NCBI GenBank assembly: GCA_964612745.1
Contig: CAZTCH010000003.1
Span: 61,931-125,930, forward strand
Direction of reading: 5' to 3'
DNA from: an uncultured Candidatus Saccharibacteria bacterium
GTDB lineage: Bacteria > Patescibacteriota > Doudnabacteria > UBA920
Length of the DNA: 64,000 nt
The position numbers and the translations under genes are program-made. The notes under the pieces were generated by a model that worked only from the letters and a program-made list of their open reading frames with translations, was not told where the DNA came from and did not search any database. Numbering within the stretch: the first letter of the stretch is position 1; each line of letters starts with the position of its first letter. Shown in pieces: positions 31,999-44,150 of the stretch.

Positions 31999-34005
31999 AT
32001 GAAAGCACTGTATAGCGAAATTAAAGAATTCTTACCCCAGTACAAAGGGACTCCAAAAGCGGTTTGTGATGCGCTCTCACTGACCGGTATTTTGGTTGAT
32101 TCGTTTACCGAAGTGAAAATTGGTGGCAAGCGTGACTACGTTATTGGGCTGGAAGTACGCCAAAACAGACCAGATTGTCTTGGTGTGGTTGGTGTAGCGC
32201 GCGAAGTAGCAGCGTACCTTGGTACGCCTTTTGTATTGCCAGCACACAAAGCACCAGCAGGGGTGCTGAAAAAGATGTCGGTAAAAGTTTCTGCAGCAGG
32301 TGACGTTGCTCGGGTGGTGACCGCAGAGATAGCAGGGCTCGACAACAGCAAAAAAACGCCAGAGTGGTTAGCACAGGCACTGCAAGCACATGGCATGAAC
32401 ACCGTGAGCTTTTTGGTGGATATTTCCAACTACGTCATGCTGATGACTGGTTTTCCGAACCATATTTTCGATGCCGGAAAAATAGTCGGTGGGTTGGAGT
32501 GGCAGCGCATGCCAAAGACAGATACCTTTACTACACTCGACGGTACAACCTTGGAACTCACGAAAGGAAAGCAGCTAGTTATTTCGGATAACCTTGGCCC
32601 ACTAGTACTTGCCAGTGCTATTGGCGGCAGGAGAAGTGCTATTTCCGAACGTACGTCTGCAATTATTGCCGAAGTTGCAGTATATGACCCCGCAAAAATG
32701 CGCGCAGATGCACGAACGTTGAAAGTGTTCACCGAAGCGTCTAACAGGTTAGAAAAAGACTTGTCTGCTGAAATGGCCAGATGGGCACTTGAATATTTGA
32801 TTAAATCACTCATAGAGATTGGTGGTGGTCGCCAAGCATCTGCCGTTTTTGACTACTACCCGAAACAAGCAAAAACAGCAGTGGTGAAAGTTGCGACGAC
32901 TGCCGAATTTATTTCTCGAGTTGGTGGCGTAACCATTACCGCACAAGAAGCAGAGCGTTTGTTAAAGCGCCTTGGGTTCTTAGTGGTACGCAAAGCAGAG
33001 CGCTTGGAAGTGCAAGTGCCTTCATGGCGCACAGACGTAATCAGTGAGTCAGACATTGCAGAAGAAGTTCTGCGCCTTCGCGGGTTCAATACTATTCCGA
33101 GTGTTGCGCCTGTGTTTGTACCAGTACCAGATGTAACCCCAGCAAGGGTAGTGCTCATGGATCAGGTTCGGACAGTGTTGCCAGAATATGGCTTTGATGA
33201 AGCGCTGACATTGCCTATGACCACCACCGCGCAGAATTTGTTAACTGCATGGCAAGCGGGGACCGAAATTAAAACACAGAACGCAATAAACGAAGAACTT
33301 CCTGTGCTCCGGCAAGGGTTGGCATTTGGTCTTATGGCGCAACAGCATGCGTACTTACGTAAAGATGTAGAGCATATTGCTTTATTCGAAATTGGGAAGG
33401 TATTTGGTAAAGTTGGTAAGCGCCATATAGAGCCAGACAGGCTTGGGCTGCTGCGACACGCTCCAACAGGAGAATCTTCCTTGCAGCTACTCCAGCACGG
33501 AGTGGAGCGGTTACTTCGCTCTCTTGGGGCGAGTAAGATTGCATATGAAGCTGCTCTGGAAACGCCACCACTCGCAAACCCATTTTCCTGTTTTGCTATA
33601 ACTGTGGCAGGGAAGCCAGTAGGGATTTTGTACAAGATGCAAAATCAGTCCCTGACGGGGAATAAAGTTGTGTCCAATACGAGCTATGCGGAAATTGATA
33701 TTGCAACCCTCTTGGAACAACTCCAGTCGAGCAAAGTACGAGGAGCAGTAGAACTGACCGGTAAGCTCGTTGTGCTCGATGCAAACGTCGTTGTGGCGCA
33801 GCGTGCAGATATTACGGAAACTATAGAGTCTGTATATAAGCATGCGGGTCGTCCAGCAATTTGGTCGTGCGAGGTGGTAGATGAATATGCGCTGCCCGAT
33901 GCTCGAATTCGATATACGGTACGAGTAAGCTATTTTGGCCTCTCTGACGCGCAAGCAAAATCACTCCACGATAAGATTTTTACAACCAATTCCATCCCTG
34001 CGTAA
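31999..34005 (+). CDS. pheT: Phenylalanine-tRNA ligase beta subunit (lacks the B2 OB domain)
   Basis: NRPDCLGVVGVARE, VDISNYVML, VPSWRTD, DIAEEVLR, LFEIGKVF. Confidence 0.92.
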   Translation: MKALYSEIKEFLPQYKGTPKAVCDALSLTGILVDSFTEVKIGGKRDYVIGLEVRQNRPDCLGVVGVAREVAAYLGTPFVLPAHKAPAGVLKKMSVKVSAAGDVARVVTAEIAGLDNSKKTPEWLAQALQAHGMNTVSFLVDISNYVMLMTGFPNHIFDAGKIVGGLEWQRMPKTDTFTTLDGTTLELTKGKQLVISDNLGPLVLASAIGGRRSAISERTSAIIAEVAVYDPAKMRADARTLKVFTEASNRLEKDLSAEMARWALEYLIKSLIEIGGGRQASAVFDYYPKQAKTAVVKVATTAEFISRVGGVTITAQEAERLLKRLGFLVVRKAERLEVQVPSWRTDVISESDIAEEVLRLRGFNTIPSVAPVFVPVPDVTPARVVLMDQVRTVLPEYGFDEALTLPMTTTAQNLLTAWQAGTEIKTQNAINEELPVLRQGLAFGLMAQQHAYLRKDVEHIALFEIGKVFGKVGKRHIEPDRLGLLRHAPTGESSLQLLQHGVERLLRSLGASKIAYEAALETPPLANPFSCFAITVAGKPVGILYKMQNQSLTGNKVVSNTSYAEIDIATLLEQLQSSKVRGAVELTGKLVVLDANVVVAQRADITETIESVYKHAGRPAIWSCEVVDEYALPDARIRYTVRVSYFGLSDAQAKSLHDKIFTTNSIPA

Positions 34006-34117
34006 TTCCAGACGAATGATATAAAAATACCGCATAAATGTGCGGTATTTTTATATCTTCGATTACCTATACTGCGCTAAATTTTGTGTATTTTGTGGTA
34101 TACTATTTATAACGTAT

Positions 34118-34789
34118 ATGCAGCAACTACTCCAAAAAATAAAAGCTTTTTTTGGCTTTCAGAAAGCCCCAGCAGTGCCTGTTCGGCTTCGACCAGCGGA
34201 GCAGTTGGAGCGCAAGCTAGCAAGCCTCCCTCCAGCTGATGCAGTCAAAGAAATGCAACAGTTGCAGAGTGAAGTAGAGCAAGTGCTTGTGAAAACAACT
34301 ACGTTTGCAGAACGCGATGAGCAGTTAGAATTGTTGTTTTGGATAGCTCGTGCATTGCGCCAACGTACGTTGGGTGTCGATTTTGCCTACGAAGAGTTGC
34401 TCGGGAAGTGTACCGAAGCATATGCGAAAGAAGTGACTGACGGTGAGCCATTACTTAAGTCGCTCGATCAATACATTCAGCAGTTCGAGGAGCACATTTA
34501 TTTAACAGAAGCGACTGGTCAGTATCTCTTTCGTATTTCAGAAAATAAGCGATTTGTGCAGCTACCGTTCTTGGGTGAGCGGATGCAAAAGAGTGCACGG
34601 CGAAAGTCCGCACAAGCCTATCTCGACAAGTTGGCTACGCGCTCCTACGCGCTGCCATTTTTAGAGCTAGGAGAACAGGTGCCATGGCTGCCGCTGTCGT
34701 TCATAGATTTTATGGCACAAGCACGAACACAGAAAATGGTCTTTCTGACAGATGGCGTTGGGTACTATGTCTACGCACAGAATAAGTAA
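34118..34789 (+). CDS. Hypothetical protein
   Basis: 223-aa ORF with an extended -10 promoter upstream. Confidence 0.6.
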   Translation: MQQLLQKIKAFFGFQKAPAVPVRLRPAEQLERKLASLPPADAVKEMQQLQSEVEQVLVKTTTFAERDEQLELLFWIARALRQRTLGVDFAYEELLGKCTEAYAKEVTDGEPLLKSLDQYIQQFEEHIYLTEATGQYLFRISENKRFVQLPFLGERMQKSARRKSAQAYLDKLATRSYALPFLELGEQVPWLPLSFIDFMAQARTQKMVFLTDGVGYYVYAQNK

Positions 34790-34808
34790 TGCAAGTATTG
34801 AAAAATAA

Positions 34809-36896
<2,088 letters not shown>

Positions 36897-37030
36897 GAAT
36901 AAATGTTGGAATACCCTTGGCCTTGGGTGTGCGTCGGTATCGTGCTGCTTGCTTGACGATTTCGTCTTGCTGCAGTATAATAAGCGCATAAATAAAGGCC
37001 TCGGTGAGGCCTTTTAAAAAAGACTATTTT

Positions 37031-37213
37031 ATGGGGAAAATTATTCGTTTTTTCAAAGAAGTGTACGGGGAAATGCAGAAAGTGGTATGGCCTTCTCGTA
37101 AGCAGACGCTGTATTACTCTGCACTTGTTATTGGGTTTTCGTTAGTCATGGCGCTCTTTTTGGGAGCTGCCGACTACGGGCTTTTAAAACTGTTTGAAAA
37201 AATAGTCGCGTAA
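37031..37213 (+). CDS. secE: Preprotein translocase SecE
   Basis: EMQKVVWPSR followed by a TM; precedes nusG. Confidence 0.93.
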   Translation: MGKIIRFFKEVYGEMQKVVWPSRKQTLYYSALVIGFSLVMALFLGAADYGLLKLFEKIVA

Positions 37214-37255
37214 TGAGTGTGACTGCTAGCTAATTAATTTTTTTCTTTTACTCCT

Positions 37256-37801
37256 ATGCCTCGACAACAAGTAACTGGTCAGCGACATTGGTATGTGCTG
37301 CACACGTACAGTGGGTATGAAGACTCCGTTGCGGTAAACCTCCGCCAACGTATAGAAAATCTTGGAATGGAAGACCAGATTTTTGATGTCATGGTTCCAA
37401 AAGAGAAGAAGGTAAAGATTAAAGACGGCAAGCGGACCACTACCGAAGAAAAGATTTTCCCTGGGTATGTACTCGTGGAAATGATTGTGACTGACGAGTC
37501 TTGGTATGTCGTACGTAACACCCCTAACGTCACGGGGTTCGTTGGCAGCGGTACTATTCCAACTCCGATTGATCCAGAAGAAATGCTTGGTTTGCAAAAG
37601 CGTACCGCAACAGAAGAACCAAAGTTCAAAGTTGACTTGCGTAAGGATGACTTAGTACGCATTTCCGACGGTCCTTTTAAAGACTACGAAGGTAAAGTGG
37701 CAGAAATTGATGAAGCAAAGGGGAAGGTGAAAGTGCTCGTTACTATCTTCGGTCGCGAAACTCCAGTCGAACTTGATTTCCTGCAAGTGAAGAAATCCTA
37801 G
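37256..37801 (+). CDS. nusG: Transcription termination/antitermination factor NusG
   Basis: WYVLHTYSGYE, FPGYVLV, TPNVTGFVG, IFGRETPVEL. Confidence 0.97.
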   Translation: MPRQQVTGQRHWYVLHTYSGYEDSVAVNLRQRIENLGMEDQIFDVMVPKEKKVKIKDGKRTTTEEKIFPGYVLVEMIVTDESWYVVRNTPNVTGFVGSGTIPTPIDPEEMLGLQKRTATEEPKFKVDLRKDDLVRISDGPFKDYEGKVAEIDEAKGKVKVLVTIFGRETPVELDFLQVKKS

Positions 37802-37961
37802 TTTATAGCTTTTTTGTTAGCTTTTAGTGAGTACTAAAAGCTAATGCTAAAAGCCACAAGCTTTTCAGGCAGCCAAAGATTCCTTTGGGCTTCTCTCCCT
37901 GTTTGTTAACTTTGTATTAAATCTAAAAGCTACTAGCTATAAGCTAACAGCTATTACATAT

Positions 37962-38387
37962 ATGGCAAAAAAGATTAAAGTAGTTGTAAAGCTACAACTA
38001 CAAGCTGGAAAGGCGACTCCTGCGCCACCGGTTGGTACTGCCCTTGGTCCCCATGGGTTGAACATTGCACAATTCGTAAAAGAGTTTAACGACCAGTCCG
38101 CTCCAATGGGGGACACAGTTGTGCCAGTGCTCATGACGATCTACGAAGATCGTACCTATAGCTTCATTCTCAAAACTCCACCAGTACCAAACTTGATCAT
38201 GAAGGCAATTGGTGTTCCAAAAGGAGCAGCAAACCCTCTGACCAACAAGGTTGGTAAAATTACCAAAGCACAAGTACGCGAAATTGCTGAAAAGAAATTG
38301 AGCGACTTGAACACTACCGACGTTGAAGCAGCAATGCGCACCGTTATGGGTAGTGCCCGCAGCATGGGTGTGGAAGTGATTGAATAA
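37962..38387 (+). CDS. rplK: 50S ribosomal protein L11
   Basis: AGKATPAPPVGTALG, GSARSMG. Confidence 0.98.
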   Translation: MAKKIKVVVKLQLQAGKATPAPPVGTALGPHGLNIAQFVKEFNDQSAPMGDTVVPVLMTIYEDRTYSFILKTPPVPNLIMKAIGVPKGAANPLTNKVGKITKAQVREIAEKKLSDLNTTDVEAAMRTVMGSARSMGVEVIE

Positions 38388-38498
38388 TCATTGCAGCATG
38401 CAAACATAGAAACATTTAAACTCTAGGCGCAGTACTCGTACTTGCTTATATGTTTAAATGTTTTTATGCTTTAGAAGTAGGTTAGTAAAATATTGTTT

Positions 38499-39248
38499 AT
38501 GGAAATACTCATTGGTATAGTGATAGTCGTGGCGCTGCTCGGACTACGGGTGGTGCAGCAGTACGAAAAGGGTGTCGTGTTTCGGTTTGGAAAAGTGGTC
38601 GGGATAAAAGAGCCAGGGTTGTCTTGGGTGCTACCACTGATTGATGTGGTGAAGCGGGTGGACATGCGTACCATTACCATGCCGATACCGCCACAGAAAA
38701 TTATTACTCGGGACAACGTGTCAGTAGACGTGTCTGCAGTTGCGTACTACAAAACAACAGACGCAGTTAAAAGTTTGGTAGAAATCCAAAATGTGTTTGC
38801 TGCAATTAACCAAATTGCGCAAACTTCGGTGCGAAACATTGTGGGTAAATTTCAGTTAGACGAAATTTTGAGTGAGCGCGAAACTATTAACGCCGCTATT
38901 ACAAAAGTACTCGACACGCATACGGAAGGGTGGGGAGTAGTAGTGCCGGTAGTAGAGATAAAAGACATAGAGCTGCCCGAAGGGATGCAGCGTGCTATGG
39001 CGAAACAAGCCGAAGCAGAACGTGAGAAGCGTGCTAAGATAATAGCAGCGGAAGGAGAAGCATTAGCCGCAGCAAAACTGGCCGAAACCGCGGATATAAT
39101 GGCGGCACACCCAATTGCGCTCCAGTTGCGTAATTTGCAAACTATGTCAGAAATTTCGGTAGAGAAAAACTCCACCATAATTTTCCCTGCTCAGTTCATG
39201 AGCACAGTGCAAGACGTTAAGAAGTTTATGGAATCGGAGCACTCGTAA
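38499..39248 (+). CDS. SPFH/stomatin (slipin) family protein
   Basis: [40 protein letters not shown]. Confidence 0.92.
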   Translation: MEILIGIVIVVALLGLRVVQQYEKGVVFRFGKVVGIKEPGLSWVLPLIDVVKRVDMRTITMPIPPQKIITRDNVSVDVSAVAYYKTTDAVKSLVEIQNVFAAINQIAQTSVRNIVGKFQLDEILSERETINAAITKVLDTHTEGWGVVVPVVEIKDIELPEGMQRAMAKQAEAEREKRAKIIAAEGEALAAAKLAETADIMAAHPIALQLRNLQTMSEISVEKNSTIIFPAQFMSTVQDVKKFMESEHS

Positions 39249-39411
39249 TTAAATAAACCACAGATACACCCGACTTCGCTAAGGCTACGACGGGCAGGCA
39301 GATATAACTGATTAAACAGATACCGTTTCTGGGCTCTGTTTGAATCCGTATAAGTAGTGTATTAGTGGGGTATGCGCCCAGTATTAAGAAGACGTTGGTA
39401 GCAAAAAATCT

Positions 39412-39762
39412 ATGCGTACGTATAACGTCACTATATTGTTCGGGGTCTGTGTGGCTATAACAGGGGCAGTTCTTTTTGAGCGGTATTTTATGAACTTTGG
39501 TTCCACACTTATTCCAAGTGAGACCGGCATATACTTCTTAGCCGTTGGTTTAATTGCCGTGTTTGTTGGGCTGTACGGAAGGAGTAGGGTAAAGACAATA
39601 GCCTCATCCCAACTAAGCTCTCAAACTGAGCCAGCTACACAGTTTAGTTTTGTCCGAGTTGGAGTTACTGTTTCTTTGATTGTGCTGCTGGTAGCGATAG
39701 CATTTGCGTTTATCCTTCTTTACTATTTCTCAACAGTTCGATGTGATGGCTGTATAATGTAG
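39412..39762 (+). CDS. Hypothetical membrane protein
   Basis: Three hydrophobic segments. Confidence 0.55.
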   Translation: MRTYNVTILFGVCVAITGAVLFERYFMNFGSTLIPSETGIYFLAVGLIAVFVGLYGRSRVKTIASSQLSSQTEPATQFSFVRVGVTVSLIVLLVAIAFAFILLYYFSTVRCDGCIM

Positions 39763-39808
39763 GTCTTGTTGAGTGTGAGTTGTCATAAAAATATTAATGT
39801 ATACATCA

Positions 39809-40159
39809 ATGCATAACATCAAAAAAATCTATTTGTATTTGGTTTCGACGATCGCCCTGGTTATTTGGGTGGTGGGGGCAATCATGTTGGTAAACATGGG
39901 GCTCAAAGCATGGGTCTTTACTAAAGCAGACAACTACTCCTACTACTCTGCGCCACGAGCAGAAATTTGCTCACAGGCAAACGTAGACACAAAAATGTAC
40001 CCAGAGTGTGTCTCAGGGTACGCTGAGCAGCAAAAGGCCATGGAAGAGGCGAATAGGGCTTCCCAACGCCAGCGTGACGCTGCCCAAGCATTGTCTATGA
40101 TCCTGATTGCTGCCCCTGTTTGGTTCTTCCACTGGCGACTTGCCAGAAAAGAGCAATAA
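39809..40159 (+). CDS. Hypothetical membrane protein (DUF5671-like)
   Basis: IYLYLVS...PVWFFHWR pattern. Confidence 0.6.
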   Translation: MHNIKKIYLYLVSTIALVIWVVGAIMLVNMGLKAWVFTKADNYSYYSAPRAEICSQANVDTKMYPECVSGYAEQQKAMEEANRASQRQRDAAQALSMILIAAPVWFFHWRLARKEQ

Positions 40160-40186
40160 TGGTAGAATAAATCACTTAATTAATTT

Positions 40187-40227
40187 GTGGGAGAGCTTAC
40201 GCTCGAAAGTGTTTTAGTGTGCACCAC
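40187..40227 (+). promoter_or_regulatory. Putative L1-binding autoregulatory mRNA element
   Basis: GTGGGAG...ACCAC stem upstream of rplA, after TGGTAGAAT -10-like site. Confidence 0.55.
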
Positions 40228-40278
40228 CCCGCTGAGCGGGGTTATGGTCACGCTAAGCGTGACCACGAAAGGGTATAT

Positions 40279-40965
40279 ATGAAGAAAGTATCGAAGCGCG
40301 CACGCGCAAATTCCGAAGCAGTTGACCAGACAAAGGTCTACACCTTAGCAGAAGCTATTGAGCTTGCAAAGAAAACAGCAAACACCAAGTTTGTTGGTTC
40401 ACTCGAAATGCATGTTCGCACATTGATTGACCCAAAGAAAACCGACCAAGCAATTCGTGGTTCTGTTTCTCTGCCTCATGGTACTGGTAAAACAAAGCGT
40501 GTTGCTGCGTTTGTCACCGAAGCCAAAGCAAAAGAAGCTACAGACGCCGGTGCAGTTGTTGTTGGTGGCGAAGATTTGGTAAAGCAAATCAAAGAAACCG
40601 AGAAGACTGACTTCGATGTCGCAATCGCTGAACCAGCAATGATGCCGAAACTTGCTCAGATCGCAAAGATTTTAGGTACTCGCGGACTCATGCCAAACCC
40701 AAAGACTGGTACTGTATCCGAAAACATCGCTGGTATGGTAAAAGAAATTGCTGGTGGAAGAGTGAGCTTTAAGAACGATGACTCTGGTATCGTGCACCAA
40801 ATTATTGGTAAAGTCAGCTTTGACTCCGCACAGTTGCAAGAAAATGCAAAAGCATTTTTGGACTCCATATTTGCTTCTAAGACAGCAGCGGTAAAAGGTC
40901 AGTTCGTTGCTTCTATTTCCTTGAACGCAACTATGGGCCCTGGCATCCAAGTAAAAGTACAATAG
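40279..40965 (+). CDS. rplA: 50S ribosomal protein L1
   Basis: LPHGTGK, LGTRGLMPNPKTGT, TMGPGI. Confidence 0.97.
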   Translation: MKKVSKRARANSEAVDQTKVYTLAEAIELAKKTANTKFVGSLEMHVRTLIDPKKTDQAIRGSVSLPHGTGKTKRVAAFVTEAKAKEATDAGAVVVGGEDLVKQIKETEKTDFDVAIAEPAMMPKLAQIAKILGTRGLMPNPKTGTVSENIAGMVKEIAGGRVSFKNDDSGIVHQIIGKVSFDSAQLQENAKAFLDSIFASKTAAVKGQFVASISLNATMGPGIQVKVQ

Positions 40966-41135
40966 TAACTTTTCAAATCCCTCTACAACGTTTGTTGTCG
41001 GGGGATTTTTTCGAATCTTTTGCATAGAGACCACTGATGCACAGATCCTAGAGATTCAGATAGAGGCCTACTTGGATTGTTGTTTTGTTACCCTGCTTCG
41101 TGTTAGCATACAACAAGTAATACATCTGCCACCTT

Positions 41136-41678
41136 ATGTTGATTGGACTGATTGGACAAAAACTGACTGGAAAAGATACGATTGCGCGCTACTTGGAAAG
41201 TAAATATGGAGTAGTGTCTTTCGCAGCTGGGCATATTCTAAATGATATCTTACATATCTTGGCGCAGGATGTTTCCAGAGAGAACGAAGTCCGTCTGGCT
41301 GTGGCCTTGCGCGGAGCGTTTGGGGAAACTGTGCTGAACACTGCCATCTTGCATCGGTTAGCTGAGCACGGCGACAAGGTCGGTTTGATTAACGGGATCC
41401 GTAGACCGGCAGAAGTAACAGAGGCAAAAGCAGCTGGTGCACGGATAGTATACGTCACTGCTTCTGCGGAGCTCCGCTATGAACGGTACATGCAACGGCG
41501 GGAAAAGAAGGACGATGGCACGCTCAGCTTTGCTGAGTTTGTAGCGCAAGACCAACAGTCTCCCACAGAAAAAGATATTCCCGCGCTTGCACAGGAGGCA
41601 GAATATACTATAACCAACAGTGGGGATTTGTCTGAGTTATACGCGCAAGTAGACGCCTATATGGCACAGGTACAGTAG
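41136..41678 (+). CDS. P-loop nucleotide kinase (dephospho-CoA/NMP kinase-like)
   Basis: IGLIGQKLTGKDT, NGIRRPAE, ITNSG. Confidence 0.75.
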   Translation: MLIGLIGQKLTGKDTIARYLESKYGVVSFAAGHILNDILHILAQDVSRENEVRLAVALRGAFGETVLNTAILHRLAEHGDKVGLINGIRRPAEVTEAKAAGARIVYVTASAELRYERYMQRREKKDDGTLSFAEFVAQDQQSPTEKDIPALAQEAEYTITNSGDLSELYAQVDAYMAQVQ

Positions 41679-41695
41679 TTCTATTTATTTTATAT

Positions 41696-42385
41696 ATGGC
41701 TTGGTTTCGTACACAAGAAAATACGCAGCGACCACTGGTAGTGGCTCTGGAAGGGATTTCTCCAGATTTGCTACAGGTGCAGCTGTCTATGTTAGAACAA
41801 GAGTTGCACACAGCAGGTGTGGTAGTTCGTCGTTTAGCCTTCCCAACACAAAAAGCAGCAGAGCATGTGCCTGCGCTGTTTCAAGCGCCAGAGCTCACTT
41901 CTGCTCCGCAGAGCTTGGGGATTATTGCCTCACTCGATCGAGCAATGTGGGCTGTGGGACATCAGGAGGCGACTCCAGACAAAGAGCTTATCTTGCTTAC
42001 TGGTGGGCCGTTGTATACCGCAGCGTGGGCTGGTTCGCTTTTGGAAGAATCTGCCGAGCGGGTGGCTTTATACCGCTGGCTCGATGATTTAGAGTACGGT
42101 GTGTTCCATGGCAGGCGGATTGATCTGACGGTGTTTGTAGACATGTTGCCTGAGCACATAGATATTCATGAGCAAGTCTGGTGCCCTGCTGGTTGGGGAG
42201 ATCGACCAGCGCCAGAGCTAGAGCAACTGCGGACAGCGTATGTCGAAGCAGCGAACCTATTCCCTAAGACAAAGATTGTCTCTGCCTCCCGTGAAGGGCT
42301 ATTGAAACCAGATTCAGACATTGGTAATGAAGTGTGGAACTTAGTGCGTCGTATTGTTTTAAAAACAGATATCCCACAAAGGTAA
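41696..42385 (+). CDS. Degenerate thymidylate-kinase-like protein
   Basis: VVALEG, LAFP, SLDR, WLDDLEY, DLTVFVD; canonical P-loop absent. Confidence 0.55.
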   Translation: MAWFRTQENTQRPLVVALEGISPDLLQVQLSMLEQELHTAGVVVRRLAFPTQKAAEHVPALFQAPELTSAPQSLGIIASLDRAMWAVGHQEATPDKELILLTGGPLYTAAWAGSLLEESAERVALYRWLDDLEYGVFHGRRIDLTVFVDMLPEHIDIHEQVWCPAGWGDRPAPELEQLRTAYVEAANLFPKTKIVSASREGLLKPDSDIGNEVWNLVRRIVLKTDIPQR

Positions 42386-42389
42386 GGCT

Positions 42390-43490
42390 ATGCAAAAAAA
42401 TGAAATAAAAGAGAAAGTGATATTTGTGTTGGAGCAGTTAGAAAGGCTCCTGCCAAATTTACACTTACCAGAAAAACAGGAAGAGCAAGAGCAGCTGCAA
42501 CAGCAAATGCAGCAAGATGGCTTTTGGGATGACGTGCCACGCGCCCAAGCGATCAGTCAACGTCAAAACCAACTTGCCGAACTCGTGCAGTTCTGGACTG
42601 GGTTACAAACGCGCGCACTCGAGTTGCGTGCGTTGGTGGAGCAGAATACAGACGAAAGCCCTGAAACATTGGCGTACTTGGCAGAGCTCGCAACTAGTAT
42701 CGCCGCAGAGTTTGACGCCAAGCGATTTTTGGCGTTGTTTTCTGGCCGACACGATTCTTTGGGTGCGGTTGTGAGTATCCATGCTGGTGCGGGTGGTACC
42801 GATGCGCAAGATTGGGTGTCGATACTCCTGCGGATGTACACTCGGTTTGTTGCAGCTCATGGGTTTACTATGGAGACTTTGGAGCTGAGTCGCGGTGGGG
42901 AAGCGGGGATTAAGTCCGTCTTGTTCGAAGTGAAGGGACTCAATGCCTACGGCTATTTGCGCAGCGAAGCTGGCGTACACCGATTGGTTCGTTTGAGCCC
43001 CTTTAACCCTGCACACACCAGAGAGACGAGCTTTGCGTTGGTGGAAGTATTGCCTGACCTGCCCGATTCAGAAGTGACTTTGCGTATGGAAGATGTAAAA
43101 ATAGAAGCGAACACCGCGTCTGGTCATGGCGGGCAAAGTGTGAACACGACATATTCTGCTATTCGCGTAACGCACATCCCTACGGGCATTCGGGTGAGCA
43201 TCCAGAACGAACGCAGCCAACATCAAAACAAGGAGCTCGCGCTGAAAATCTTAGCCGCTCGTGTTGCTGCTGTTGAGCAAGAAAAGCAAGACGCTGCACG
43301 CAAAGAACTGCGAGGTGAGTTTAAATCTGCAGAGTGGGGTAACCAAATTCGGAGCTATGTATTGCACCCGTACCAAATGGTAAAAGACCACCGGACAAAC
43401 GTTGAAACAAGCGATACCGAAGCAGTATTGGATGGGAAGCTCGAAGAGTTTATTGAACAGTTCTTAGAACAAACAACGAGTCATGGGTAG
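42390..43490 (+). CDS. prfB: Peptide chain release factor 2
   Basis: AGAGGTDAQDW, GVHRLVRLSPF, GGQ, WGNQIRSYV. Confidence 0.96.
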   Translation: MQKNEIKEKVIFVLEQLERLLPNLHLPEKQEEQEQLQQQMQQDGFWDDVPRAQAISQRQNQLAELVQFWTGLQTRALELRALVEQNTDESPETLAYLAELATSIAAEFDAKRFLALFSGRHDSLGAVVSIHAGAGGTDAQDWVSILLRMYTRFVAAHGFTMETLELSRGGEAGIKSVLFEVKGLNAYGYLRSEAGVHRLVRLSPFNPAHTRETSFALVEVLPDLPDSEVTLRMEDVKIEANTASGHGGQSVNTTYSAIRVTHIPTGIRVSIQNERSQHQNKELALKILAARVAAVEQEKQDAARKELRGEFKSAEWGNQIRSYVLHPYQMVKDHRTNVETSDTEAVLDGKLEEFIEQFLEQTTSHG

Positions 43491-43797
43491 AGAAATGTAT
43501 CTGGTCTGGCAACTGTTAGCAATTTGGTTGCCAGCAGCACTGCTGACTATTTTGTACTGGCGCTTTGTGAAACCTGCGCGAGTGGCAATTGGACTGGCTG
43601 TGGTGGCTGGTCTCGCTTTTGGTTTGCCATGGGATTGGGTTATGATTAAAACAGCAGTTTGGACGTTTGACCCCAAAACGATTTTTGGTGTGTGGGTTGC
43701 GGGGGTTCCGCTAGAAGAGTGGTTGTTTATCATTGGGACAGTCTGGTTGTTCTGCGTGGTGACGCTCATCTTATACCATAAGTTTCCACGTCTATGA
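43483..43797 (+). CDS. Lycopene cyclase domain protein (CrtYc-like)
   Basis: PWD...VWTF...GVPLEEWLF. Confidence 0.75.
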   Translation: MGREMYLVWQLLAIWLPAALLTILYWRFVKPARVAIGLAVVAGLAFGLPWDWVMIKTAVWTFDPKTIFGVWVAGVPLEEWLFIIGTVWLFCVVTLILYHKFPRL

Positions 43798-44144
43798 ATT
43801 TCTTTGCGTTGTATAGCGAATACATTACGACTGCGCTCTTTTGTGTTACTGCGCTGGGACTTGTGTGGTATAAGGCCCATGCATTTTTGTGGACACAGCG
43901 ACGGGTGATTTTTGCCATGGGTGTGGTGGCTGTAGTTTGGACAGCATTCACAGATCCATTTATCCATATACACGGAGTGTGGGTGTATGACCCTGTGCAG
44001 AACCCACTTTCCCAGAATCGCTTCTTATTTGTACCAGTGTTTGAATACGTGTATATATTCTTTGTAGGGATTACCATTAGTTCTGGATTTTTAGCACTGC
44101 AATATAGGCTTTTAGGTAGGCGAGTGCCAGATGTGCTAAAATAA
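43794..44144 (+). CDS. Lycopene cyclase domain protein (CrtYd-like)
   Basis: FTDP..HGVWVYDP...VPVFEYVYIF. Confidence 0.65.
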   Translation: MNFFALYSEYITTALFCVTALGLVWYKAHAFLWTQRRVIFAMGVVAVVWTAFTDPFIHIHGVWVYDPVQNPLSQNRFLFVPVFEYVYIFFVGITISSGFLALQYRLLGRRVPDVLK

Positions 44145-44150
44145 TAAGGT

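Noticed and set aside
42390-42480. Programmed +1 frameshift in prfB
   Set aside because: The ORF is continuous and has no CTT-TGA site; frameshift-free prfB is known in many lineages
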